This document shows, one piece after another, positions 28,236 to 37,430 of a DNA stretch of 64,000 nucleotides (the first letter of the stretch is position 1; each line of letters begins with the position of its first letter). The notes under the pieces are model-generated. The model worked only from the letters and a program-made list of their open reading frames with translations. It was not told the origin of the DNA and searched no databases. The position numbers were made by a program, and so were the translations under genes. Location: assembly GCA_944393745.1 (NCBI GenBank), contig CALYBD010000001.1:2372-66371 (forward strand). The letters are read 5' to 3'. This DNA comes from an uncultured Alphaproteobacteria bacterium. Lineage in GTDB: Bacteria > Pseudomonadota > Alphaproteobacteria > CAAGCB01 > CAG-977.

Positions 28236-31196
28236 TTACAAATTAGGATTTTTAGCCGTTTGAATCATGTTACCATTGATAACCATATTCGGCATGGTAA
28301 AGCGATCCGGATTAAAGTAGCAATAGGTGTGCGCAATCGCCGACCAGCTGTTGGCGGTAATGCCGCCCGCGTTCCAGATATATCCCGCAGTGTTGATATC
28401 GTTGGACACAGGGGTTACCGTTCCCATTGCGATTTTCCATCCGTATACGCTGGTACCGCTGGTAATCGGCTGAACGATCAGGCCCAGTTTGGTTGCGGGT
28501 TGAACCAGCCCCGTCACGTTTGCGATATCGGAATTGGCATAATTCTGCCATCCCGGGTTATACGTAACCGTGGCGTTATACGGTCTTTTATCCGGACTAA
28601 TCATATTTACCTTGCCTAATTCAAAGACCGTCGGCGTTAAGGTCATCACCGCCTGATATCCGTCGGGGCACGGCCCTTCGTCATAAGCGGCCAATCCTTT
28701 GGTAGAGCTGGAGAAGCCTGATGATATCGCGGCGCCTTCGTTTGAAACGGCGCGTCCCGGTGCCGGGACAGCCCCCATGTAGGGGTGTGCCCAACAAAAC
28801 GAACCGTTAGGACATTCTGAATAATTCGTTTTATGATAAGAAAACTTCACATACGTCCCCGAGCTTGTACATGATCCGTTGCCGGCAACGATCGGGTGTT
28901 TAGCTGCGCCGTTGGCGCCGCAGTTAAATTCCCAACCGCCGGATTTCAATCCCAAATCGTTTAACGAATAATACGGCATCGTGAAATCACAGTTTCCGTT
29001 ACCGCAGGGCCACGGGCCGGATCCGTAACTGTTTGTCAGTTCGTAAATCCCTTTCAGGATATAGTTCGGCAACGCTTCGCTGAGTCTGGCTCCGCCGCGT
29101 GAAGTAATTTTGATATCATTCATCACGGACATATACGACGGATCTATGCGGAAATGAGCATATTGCGTATCACCGCTGTGTGTATTATACGGTGCAATAC
29201 CGCCATCTGCGTGGTTTGCAATCGTCACAAGAGCGTTCGTTCCGGCAGAAGTTGATCCGGACGTATAACCGGTATCCCCGTTAACGCTTAACTTTGCCCG
29301 ATTGCTGTAAACACTGGCCAGATAAGCAATTGTATGAGGACTGGCGTTCGCATTCAATTGTACAACCAATCCGGTATTATTGACCAGCATCCGGGTTGGT
29401 GTATTGGAAGTAGTATTCAGCACATCAACGGCAAAATTATTAGCCGTCAAAGCAAACGAAGATTTATTATCGAGAATTCTTCCTCTTAAAGTCGAATTGT
29501 TTATAACGAAGTTCGTTGTATTCGAAAACGTTTGTTGCCCCGGATAAGTTGCCGAAGTACTGCTGGCTCCCGCCGTTAATTCAATTTGTCCACCTGTCCC
29601 ATTAATAGATGTGCCGTTGCTTTGCAATTGATACGAGGAATTATTCATATAGAAAGCAGGAGTAGAGCTATGAACCTCAGTTCCTGTGCGGACAAGCAAA
29701 GAACTTTTCCCGATCATGGTTGCTCTGTCTTCATCCATTGTCAGACGGGTAGCCGCAGTCCCTTCATTAATCATTGTATTCGAACCAACCGTTGCCAATT
29801 CAATCCATTTACTGTAAATAGAAGCTTCCGTTTGAGCATCTAAACTGAATATATCACTTTCCATTGATATGTTATTCGCTAAAACATCAAGATTCGTTGC
29901 CATTTGCACAAGATCGTTATCGGCTTCTATTTGAATCTTGTTGCCGCCGACAAACAAATCATCATCAGCATTTATATTAACGTTCAGCGCGCCGACCTGA
30001 ACCCCTTTTTCCGTTGCCGTATTTGAAATAGCAATGTAACCGGCATCAGGTAAGCTCAGTTCAGCTTCAGAAGCCGTCAGATTTAAAAGGGAAGTAGGAT
30101 TCTCCGTGTCTCCCACGGAAAGACGGACTTCCTCATTTGTCTGTATATGTGATTTATCCGTACCCAGAGCAATCATGGCATAAGAAGTATCCCCCGGATT
30201 TCCGATTTCATCATCATTTTCGGTGTTTCTTGTTCTGATCAGGATTTTGCCGTCAATGACTTCCAATCCGCCGGCGTTATTGATTTTATAGCAGCCGTCG
30301 CCTTCGCAGTTTGTGGCGCCGCCCATATCCAAATCCGTAAACATGGAATTGGCGCCGGGCAGTCCGTCAACCTTTTTTCTGTACAGGTAATCACCCGAAA
30401 AACCCGATGAATAAATCGTTGTGGCCGCGACTCTGCCGCCTTCGCTTTCAACGGCAGAGTCCCCTAAATAATCCGACAGCTTTCCTTCCCAGATTCCTTG
30501 CGCGCCAAGAATTTTCTGCATTTCCGGCGTGTTTGTGTCTGATCCCGATTCGCCGCTGCCGCCGGTTGATCCAGGACCATACAAAGATTCGACCAGTCTT
30601 TTGGTACGCATATACCCGCCGTCGGCCCCGATCATGGAAGCAATTCTGGACGCCCGACGGTCATCAATCGGATTTTCGCTTTTGGATAAAACAACCCCTG
30701 TCATTTTATATCTGGTACAGGCACAGGTTCCGCCTAATCCTGTCACCGTGCCGTTCGACATGGTTCCGCAGGAACAATCGTTTGAAGAAGTGGACACACA
30801 ATCATTCTTTCGCGCTTCCGTACATTGGGCGCGCACGCCGACCTCAAAATCATCAACCAGTTTGTTGCCCCGGAAATTCTCCCCGTCCAGATAAGTCGCA
30901 GACAGATAAGGTGCCAATTCCTTGGCCTCTACCTGAAACGATGAATCGGACGGTTCCGAAGAAGCGGCAATTTCCTTTGCCTTTTCCTGATAATTCGCTT
31001 CGATCCAGTTGCTCAGCGCATCTTTGATTTCCTTCATTTGTCCGGCAATGGCGACCTCTTCCATTTCAGAGGTACGGTCCGCCGTCTGACGCACAATCAT
31101 CGGCGACATCATTGTCATTAACCCCAGCAACGCAATCGCCTCAATCATCAATGCGCCGCGTTCGTTGCTTTTATCGTTGATCCGGTGCGTAAACAT
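28236..31196 (-). CDS. Large PilV/shufflon-N-type minor pilin adhesin
   Basis: Prepilin site ERG|ALMIE; AGQMKEI..A...WIEANY; RIASMIGADGGY; DYLYRKKVDGLPGANSMFTDLDMGG (PilV constant-region motifs); beta-rich stalk; Cys-rich tip ending AHTYCYF. Confidence 0.78.
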   Translation of the reverse strand: MFTHRINDKSNERGALMIEAIALLGLMTMMSPMIVRQTADRTSEMEEVAIAGQMKEIKDALSNWIEANYQEKAKEIAASSEPSDSSFQVEAKELAPYLSATYLDGENFRGNKLVDDFEVGVRAQCTEARKNDCVSTSSNDCSCGTMSNGTVTGLGGTCACTRYKMTGVVLSKSENPIDDRRASRIASMIGADGGYMRTKRLVESLYGPGSTGGSGESGSDTNTPEMQKILGAQGIWEGKLSDYLGDSAVESEGGRVAATTIYSSGFSGDYLYRKKVDGLPGANSMFTDLDMGGATNCEGDGCYKINNAGGLEVIDGKILIRTRNTENDDEIGNPGDTSYAMIALGTDKSHIQTNEEVRLSVGDTENPTSLLNLTASEAELSLPDAGYIAISNTATEKGVQVGALNVNINADDDLFVGGNKIQIEADNDLVQMATNLDVLANNISMESDIFSLDAQTEASIYSKWIELATVGSNTMINEGTAATRLTMDEDRATMIGKSSLLVRTGTEVHSSTPAFYMNNSSYQLQSNGTSINGTGGQIELTAGASSTSATYPGQQTFSNTTNFVINNSTLRGRILDNKSSFALTANNFAVDVLNTTSNTPTRMLVNNTGLVVQLNANASPHTIAYLASVYSNRAKLSVNGDTGYTSGSTSAGTNALVTIANHADGGIAPYNTHSGDTQYAHFRIDPSYMSVMNDIKITSRGGARLSEALPNYILKGIYELTNSYGSGPWPCGNGNCDFTMPYYSLNDLGLKSGGWEFNCGANGAAKHPIVAGNGSCTSSGTYVKFSYHKTNYSECPNGSFCWAHPYMGAVPAPGRAVSNEGAAISSGFSSSTKGLAAYDEGPCPDGYQAVMTLTPTVFELGKVNMISPDKRPYNATVTYNPGWQNYANSDIANVTGLVQPATKLGLIVQPITSGTSVYGWKIAMGTVTPVSNDINTAGYIWNAGGITANSWSAIAHTYCYFNPDRFTMPNMVINGNMIQTAKNPNL
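28814..28841 (+). other. dif-like 28-mer (candidate XerC/D site)
   Basis: ATTCTGAATAA-TTCGTT-TTATGATAAGA versus E. coli GGTGCGCATAA-TGTATA-TTATGTTAAAT. Lies in a CDS near a local GC-skew switch. Confidence 0.25.
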
Positions 31197-31404
31197 GGCA
31201 ACCTCCTCTAAAAATTTGTTCCGTCTTTGCTTCCCTTAAACGAAACGTCCACCGCTTTCTGACCTGCCCGCTGCCCGAAAAAATACAAATACACTTCGGG
31301 CTTTGAAGCTTAATTTTCATTTTAACGACCGAAAATAAACGAAATCAATGAAAAACACCTATATATGAAGTTATAAGGCGCAGAAATCCGCCGTTTTTTA
31401 AAAA

Positions 31405-31422
31405 ATATGACTTAAGTCATAT
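31405..31422. promoter_or_regulatory. Perfect 18-bp palindrome, candidate operator
   Basis: ATATGACTTAAGTCATAT in the 540-bp divergent intergenic region upstream of the adhesin. Confidence 0.55.
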
Positions 31423-31739
31423 GCCGGCAACCTATTGAAAAATAACACTAATGAAAATCTTAGGGGCATAAGGCCCCTTCCGTCCCGAACCGGTTTTCGC
31501 CAATTTTCGGGGCAAATTCAATTCAAAATAAAATACTTTTCGGGCGAATCGATACTTTTTGAATGCGAATCGCCCCCCTTGACCGATCCCGGCGCAAAGA
31601 TTCTTTTGATCCGGCATATCACCTTTGGATCAGATCATGACCGATATAAAAGACAGCCCCCTAAAATCGACAATTTGTTGAAATAAACGCCGTTATCGCC
31701 TATGATGAAGTCGGACGGATAAAACGAGAAAGAAAGAAA

Positions 31740-32351
31740 ATGCCCGACATCTCTTATTCACAGGAAATAAGAAGAAAGCTCGTCCATCTCAGTTCGTTAT
31801 GGATGCCCGCCCTGATTTTCTTTGTTCCAAATCGGCTTTGCGCCGCTATTTTCGGCGGCGTGCTGATTTTTAATCTGCTGGTTGAATACGGATATCATAA
31901 AAAATGGCCGGTTGTTTGCAAAACCTATGGCCGCTTGTTCGGCAAAATGCTGCATACAACAGAAACAGATACCCGTTTCCGCCCCAGCGGCGCCCCTTAT
32001 GTCCTGGCGGCGGCTTTGTGCTGCTGCCTTTTGTTTTCACGCCTGAATGCCGTAACCGCTCTGGTCGTCATGCTGATTTCCGATACGGCCGCCGCCCTGA
32101 TCGGCAGAGCATTCGGCAAACATAGAATCAATCATAACTCTAAAAGCATCGAAGGATCCGTCGCCTTTTTCCTGTTCGGATCGGCCGTGATCTGCTGTGC
32201 GGCCGCCCTGTTCGGCGCCGATGAAGGGTTTATTGTTCGCGGCTGCATCGGCGTCTTTATTGCCATGTGGGCGGAATTATATAAAAATCGCCTAAAAATC
32301 GATGATAACTTATCCGTTCCCCTGATCATCGGCGTTTGTCTGAGCCTGTAA
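31740..32351 (+). CDS. SEC59/DGK1/VTE5-family polyprenol/diacylglycerol kinase
   Basis: EIRRKLVH, SDTAAALIG..FGK, KSIEGS.AFF, IDDNLSVP. Confidence 0.88.
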   Translation: MPDISYSQEIRRKLVHLSSLWMPALIFFVPNRLCAAIFGGVLIFNLLVEYGYHKKWPVVCKTYGRLFGKMLHTTETDTRFRPSGAPYVLAAALCCCLLFSRLNAVTALVVMLISDTAAALIGRAFGKHRINHNSKSIEGSVAFFLFGSAVICCAAALFGADEGFIVRGCIGVFIAMWAELYKNRLKIDDNLSVPLIIGVCLSL

Positions 32352-33506
32352 AGGCAAAATCTTAAACAACGTTATTTCCGACGGCGCAAATAACCGCATC
32401 GGCGGCCCCCAATACCCGGTACCGCGGGAAACATAAATCCATGCCCCCGTCCGATCCAGCGGATATAATCCGGCTAAAAACCGATTCGCCGGCTTGACCA
32501 AAAAATGAAACGGAAAAATCTGTCCGCCGTGCGTATGTCCCGAAATCTGCAAATCAAACAAATCCGATTGATCCCCCGCCGCCTTGCCGTTCGGTAAAGG
32601 CGAATGCGACATTAAAATCCGATACTGCCCCGGTTCGGATTGTTCAACCGCCCGGGCAATGTCGGGCTTTAAGTGCCCGATCCGGCGAAAAGATGCGTCC
32701 GTTACGCCGGCAATGAAAATATCCGGCCGCCCCAAAGCCGTCCCTTCGTTATATAACACCCGCATGCCCGAAGCCGTAAAGACCTGATCCCACATTTTAA
32801 AATTGTTGTACAGTTCGTGATTGCCCATCACGGCAAACAAACCGAAACGACTGTTAATCTTTTCCAGCTTTCGCGCAATCTGGCCGGCCTCGGCAGATTC
32901 ATCGTCTCCGATATCGCCCGTTAATAAAACGGCATCGGGATTTAAACCGTTTATCCGATCAATTAAACGTTCAATCTTTCGCAAAGAAACGCCCCGGTGA
33001 ATGTGAATGTCGCTGAGCTGCACAAACGTAAACGGCTGCGAAATCTTGTCCGTTTTTAAAACAACTTCCTTTACATCGGCGACCTTAATCCCCTCATAAA
33101 CGGCATACAGCGAAATCAACACGGCAATGCCCAACGTGGCAATATTGACTTTGTTGCGCAGATCCGGGCGCGCCGGATCGATTTTTTTGGCAAACGGCTT
33201 TTTAAATAAAAGCCCCAGCGCATAAACCCCGTACCAAACGGCGTTGCGCAACAGCAAAACCGAAAACAAAAAAAACGCCGTGCCGAACAAATAATACCCG
33301 ATATTATGAATCCACCCTGCCGCCATCGGATTTATCCAGTCGCAATGTTCCAAACGCCGCGGAAAAAACGGAGCAAACCAACAAAATAAGATAACGGCAA
33401 AAATCCATATCTTTTTTTTTGCCGTCATTGATTTCGAATACAGGCATACGGCCGTAAAAAATGTCGCTATCGTTCCCGTCAAAAGCATTAACATAAAAAA
33501 AGACAT
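32310..33506 (-). CDS. Membrane-anchored metallophosphoesterase (YkuE-like)
   Basis: N-terminal TMs; SDIH, TGD..D, GNHE, SGHTHGGQ, VSRGTGYWGPPMR. Confidence 0.92.
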   Translation of the reverse strand: MSFFMLMLLTGTIATFFTAVCLYSKSMTAKKKIWIFAVILFCWFAPFFPRRLEHCDWINPMAAGWIHNIGYYLFGTAFFLFSVLLLRNAVWYGVYALGLLFKKPFAKKIDPARPDLRNKVNIATLGIAVLISLYAVYEGIKVADVKEVVLKTDKISQPFTFVQLSDIHIHRGVSLRKIERLIDRINGLNPDAVLLTGDIGDDESAEAGQIARKLEKINSRFGLFAVMGNHELYNNFKMWDQVFTASGMRVLYNEGTALGRPDIFIAGVTDASFRRIGHLKPDIARAVEQSEPGQYRILMSHSPLPNGKAAGDQSDLFDLQISGHTHGGQIFPFHFLVKPANRFLAGLYPLDRTGAWIYVSRGTGYWGPPMRLFAPSEITLFKILPLQAQTNADDQGNG

Positions 33507-33507
33507 C

Positions 33508-34545
33508 TTATTTTCCTTTTAAAAACTCCCCGCGAAAGCCCTTTTCCTGCCCGATCGTACGGCCGATAGCTGTAATTTTTGATTCAATGCGGCCGCGTTC
33601 AGAAACAAAAGCACGCCCTTCGCCTGCCTTGCCGGGATATAGTTCATATTTTTTACGGTATTCTTCCGCCGTTATATTAGGCATAACAACATTTGCCCCG
33701 CTTTGTAAAGCAATAATGCGCCCGTTCGGATCCAAAGCCTCCATCGCCGTCGTCGCCGGAATATTAATATCCGGCAACAACAGTCGCGTTAACGCCATCG
33801 TTTTTAAAGACAACGTCAATTCCCGCCCCCGCGCATCGGCCAAAGGCGTCTGCGCATGGGGAATAAACGGTCCGATACCGGCCATGTCAATATCCATCTG
33901 CTTGAAAAATAAAATATCGTCGGCAATGGAATCAATACTCTGCCCCGGCAAACCGACCATTGATCCGGATCCCGTTTCATACCCCAGACGCTTTAAATCC
34001 GTCAGGCAACGCAAGCGGTTGTCCCAGCTCATTCCCGGATCCAAACGATGATACAAAGCCTTGTCAGTTGTTTCTATTCGTAACAAATATCTGTCCGCCC
34101 CGGCCTGTTTATAAGCCTTGTATTCCTCATACGTTTTTTCCCCGATACTTAACGTAACCGCCATGTCCCGTTCTTTGATCGCGCGGATAATCCGTGTTAA
34201 GCGATCAACCGTAAAATAAACGTCTTCGCCGGATTGCAACACAATCGTTTTATATCCGGCCCTTGCCGCAGCATCAACATGGGCAATAATGTCTTTAACA
34301 CTCAGACGGTAACGCTGCGCCTGCCGATTGTCCCGTCGAATGCCGCAATAACAGCAATTGTTGCGGCAGTAATTCGAAAATTCGATCAAAGCCCGCAAAT
34401 GAACCGCCGGCCCGACGAACAAAGACCGCACTTCGTCCGCGGCCGCCAGCAAATCAGCCGTTGATCCCGAATCACGCAACAAAGCCGTGATTTCATCCTT
34501 TTCCAAAGAATGCGTTTTTCGCGCTTTTTCAATCAGATCAATCAT
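33508..34545 (-). CDS. hydE: [FeFe]-hydrogenase H-cluster maturase (radical SAM)
   Basis: LIEFSNYCRNNCCYCGIR, VLQSGED, YLLRIET, GIGPFIPH..TP, GANVVMPN, YELYPGK. Confidence 0.9.
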   Translation of the reverse strand: MIDLIEKARKTHSLEKDEITALLRDSGSTADLLAAADEVRSLFVGPAVHLRALIEFSNYCRNNCCYCGIRRDNRQAQRYRLSVKDIIAHVDAAARAGYKTIVLQSGEDVYFTVDRLTRIIRAIKERDMAVTLSIGEKTYEEYKAYKQAGADRYLLRIETTDKALYHRLDPGMSWDNRLRCLTDLKRLGYETGSGSMVGLPGQSIDSIADDILFFKQMDIDMAGIGPFIPHAQTPLADARGRELTLSLKTMALTRLLLPDINIPATTAMEALDPNGRIIALQSGANVVMPNITAEEYRKKYELYPGKAGEGRAFVSERGRIESKITAIGRTIGQEKGFRGEFLKGK

Positions 34546-34619
34546 GCCTTTTCCCGTCTTGTTGATTTTTCATAAAAAGAAATATTAAAATATATCAAAC
34601 TTTAAAACGGAATACAAAA

Positions 34620-35498
34620 ATGCCCGCTTCTTTTTACAAAATCGGATTCGGCACCTGGAAAATGGGCGGGACAACTTTGCCCGACCCCCATAACGATGAC
34701 CGATCCGATATCGCCGCCATCAGAGACGCCATCGATAATAATATTGTCCATATCGATACCGCAGAACTTTACGCCGACGGCAAAGCCGAAACGCTGGTCG
34801 GACAGGCCGTTGCCCCGTATAACCGCGCCGACCTTTTTATCGCGTCCAAAGTCAGAGAAACAAAACTGAACTATGACGCCGTCTTAACCAGCTGCGCCCA
34901 AAGCCTTGACCGGCTGGGAACGGATTATCTGGATTTATACTATGTGCATAAACCCAATCCCGATATCCCCGCAGAAGAAACGGCCGCCGCCTTTAACGAA
35001 CTGATTAAACAAAAAATGATAAAACACGTCGGGCTGTCAAATGCCGGCGTTGAAACAATGCGAAAATACGCCGCGGCGCTGGACGTGCCGATCTTTGCCG
35101 CACAATGTCACTATAATTTGATCGTCCGCGAACCCGAACGCAAAGGCGTTCTGAAATACTGCCGCGAAAAAAATATTCACTTTATTGCCTGGCGGCCGAT
35201 TCAACTGCCCTGCGAAGAGCTGAACATTCACGGCCTGTTTGAAACGGGGGCTTATCCGTTGCTGGATCAAATCGCCCGAAAATATGCCGTTTCCAATGCA
35301 CAAATCGCCGTCCGCTGGCTGACGGCGCAGGAAAATGTCAGCTTGATCTTTAAAACTAAAAATCCACGGCATCTGCGCGAAATCATTGACGCCGCAGATC
35401 TGTCAATCGATCCGGCGGATCTGAAAGAACTGACAGATCATTTCCCGCGTCAGGAAGACACCGGTTTTACAACAACCGGCAAATCCCCCCTGATCTAA
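34620..35498 (+). CDS. Aldo/keto reductase
   Basis: GFGTW, IDTAELY, SKV, LGTDYLDLYYVH.P, GLSN. Confidence 0.92.
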   Translation: MPASFYKIGFGTWKMGGTTLPDPHNDDRSDIAAIRDAIDNNIVHIDTAELYADGKAETLVGQAVAPYNRADLFIASKVRETKLNYDAVLTSCAQSLDRLGTDYLDLYYVHKPNPDIPAEETAAAFNELIKQKMIKHVGLSNAGVETMRKYAAALDVPIFAAQCHYNLIVREPERKGVLKYCREKNIHFIAWRPIQLPCEELNIHGLFETGAYPLLDQIARKYAVSNAQIAVRWLTAQENVSLIFKTKNPRHLREIIDAADLSIDPADLKELTDHFPRQEDTGFTTTGKSPLI

Positions 35499-36061
35499 GT
35501 CCGTAACAGCAAAATATCCCCGCAACGACCGCGCAACCTTAGCCATCTGTCGGATTTGTCCTGCGGATTTTCCCGCCAAAAACGATCGAACAATTGTCGG
35601 TGTTGCGCCGCATAAGCAGGATCATCAATAAAAAAATTACAGATTTCGTGGTTTCTTTCCACAGCCGAATCCGTCCAGTTAAAAGAACCGCTGACCGTAT
35701 TTTTGCCGTCAAAAACCGCCATCTTGGCATGCATCAACCCCTTGGTCGTATGAATGCGCACGTCAATACCGGCAATCATCAACCGTTCAACGTCATTTAT
35801 GTCCTTGACGGAAGCCAGCTGAGAACGATCCGTCAGCAGACGAATTTTCACGCCTCTTTTCTTTGCCGCAATCAAAGCGTTGACAACGGACTTTCTATTA
35901 ATGGCATAAATCGCGGCATCAATATAATCCTGCGCCCCATTAATCAAATCAATAATCTGTTTTTCGCACCTGACGCCGTCCGCCAGCTGATTGATCGCCA
36001 ACGCCGGAGAAAATAAACCAAAGAAAAAATACATCAGTACCGCAAAAAAAATACGTCTCAT
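35495..36061 (-). CDS. Exported PLD-family (Nuc-like, single HKD) nuclease
   Basis: Start MRRIFF at 36061 with signal peptide; MHAKMAVFDG....GSFNWT..A...N.E. Confidence 0.85.
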   Translation of the reverse strand: MRRIFFAVLMYFFFGLFSPALAINQLADGVRCEKQIIDLINGAQDYIDAAIYAINRKSVVNALIAAKKRGVKIRLLTDRSQLASVKDINDVERLMIAGIDVRIHTTKGLMHAKMAVFDGKNTVSGSFNWTDSAVERNHEICNFFIDDPAYAAQHRQLFDRFWRENPQDKSDRWLRLRGRCGDILLLRT

Positions 36062-36194
36062 ACTTTCCTCTTGCCTTAACCGCCCGCTTTTCAGATATAC
36101 CATACTTCATTTGTAAAAAAAAGAACGGCCGGAAAGGACTTTTTTTTCGTTTTAAATCCCTTTAAACTGACCATAAAAAACAAACCGAGGCACC

Positions 36195-37430
36195 ATGACA
36201 ACTTTTATTGCCGCAGGATCCAATTCCGACGACCGCCGAGCTCATTTGAGCTCGGCCGTTAAGGCGTTGAAACAAGCCGGTTATGACGTAACCGGCGTTT
36301 CCCCCGTTTACGAAACACCGGCCGCTTTGCTGTATGCCACGGCAAAAGACGACTGGAACAAACCCTATCTGAACTGCCTGATCCGGTTGGAAACAAACAA
36401 AAACGCTTTTGAATTGCTGGCCGATTTAAAAAATATCGAAAAAAACAACGGACGAACGGCGACAAAACGCTGGGCTCCCCGGCCGATTGATCTGGATGTT
36501 ATCGAACATAACAACGAACATATTGATACACCCGAATTGTGCGTACCGCACAAGCTTTGTTTAAAGCGCAGCTTTGTGCTGGATCCTTTATCTTTTTTCA
36601 AAACAATCCCGCCCGAATTTTTATATACGAAAACGCATCAGCCGCTTGTTATGGGAATATTAAACGTCACGCCGGATTCTTTTTCGGACGGCGGTCAAAA
36701 TAATCGTATGGACGTTTTTGAAAAAAAGATCGCCTTGTGGGCGGATCATCTGATCCCTCTGATCGACATCGGCGCGGAATCAACCCGGCCGGGGGCATCG
36801 CCCGTTAATCCGGCAGAGGAAATACAACGCCTGCAAGACGTTTTCCGTTTCCTCAGAAATTATAAAAAAACACCTTTTTCACCCCGTTTCAGCATTGACA
36901 CCCGCCATTTTGAAACTGCCGCCAAAGCTTTGGAAAACGGTTTTGATATTTTAAACGACATTCACGGGTTTGACGATCCGGAAATGCTTGCTTTGGCCAA
37001 AGAACACAAAGACAAGCCGTGTCTTTTCACACACAGCCGTGACATCACCGCACACCCTTTGCAAAACACATTGAAAATCGTTGAACAATGGCTGGAAGAA
37101 AAAATTAACCTTTTTGAACAAAACGGCCTTTGCCTGCACAATATGATCTTTGATCCCGGCATTGGATTCGGGAAAACCGCCTGCCAGTCTTTACAACTGT
37201 TGCAAAACCTGGAAACATTTCACCGTTTCGGCGTCCGGTTGATGATCGGGCATTCCAGAAAATCGTTCATGAACGTTTTTACAAACAAGCCCCCGGCCGA
37301 AAAAGACATCGAAACAATCGGCCTGTCAATCAAAATTGCCGAAAAAACGGATATTCTGCGCGTTCACACCCCCTTGGAGCATAAAGAAGCCCTGTTGGCG
37401 GCGGCTCATCTGGAAAATCAATTTTTTTAA
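36195..37430 (+). CDS. folKP: Bifunctional HPPK-dihydropteroate synthase (FolK-FolP fusion)
   Basis: GSN, VYETP, RWAPRPIDLD, PH..R.FVL.PL, then MGILNVTPDSFSDGG, GAESTRPGA, DPGIGFGK, GHSRKS, LRVH. Confidence 0.93.
   Translation: MTTFIAAGSNSDDRRAHLSSAVKALKQAGYDVTGVSPVYETPAALLYATAKDDWNKPYLNCLIRLETNKNAFELLADLKNIEKNNGRTATKRWAPRPIDLDVIEHNNEHIDTPELCVPHKLCLKRSFVLDPLSFFKTIPPEFLYTKTHQPLVMGILNVTPDSFSDGGQNNRMDVFEKKIALWADHLIPLIDIGAESTRPGASPVNPAEEIQRLQDVFRFLRNYKKTPFSPRFSIDTRHFETAAKALENGFDILNDIHGFDDPEMLALAKEHKDKPCLFTHSRDITAHPLQNTLKIVEQWLEEKINLFEQNGLCLHNMIFDPGIGFGKTACQSLQLLQNLETFHRFGVRLMIGHSRKSFMNVFTNKPPAEKDIETIGLSIKIAEKTDILRVHTPLEHKEALLAAAHLENQFF

Noticed and set aside
30911-30917. GTGCCAA, the core of R64 shufflon sfx sites
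   Set aside because: A single 7-mer in the N-terminal region. No partner inverted sites, alternative C-terminal cassettes or Rci recombinase were seen.
31435-31686. 83-aa ORF in the adhesin upstream region
   Set aside because: TTG start, no RBS and no recognisable motif; treated as non-coding.
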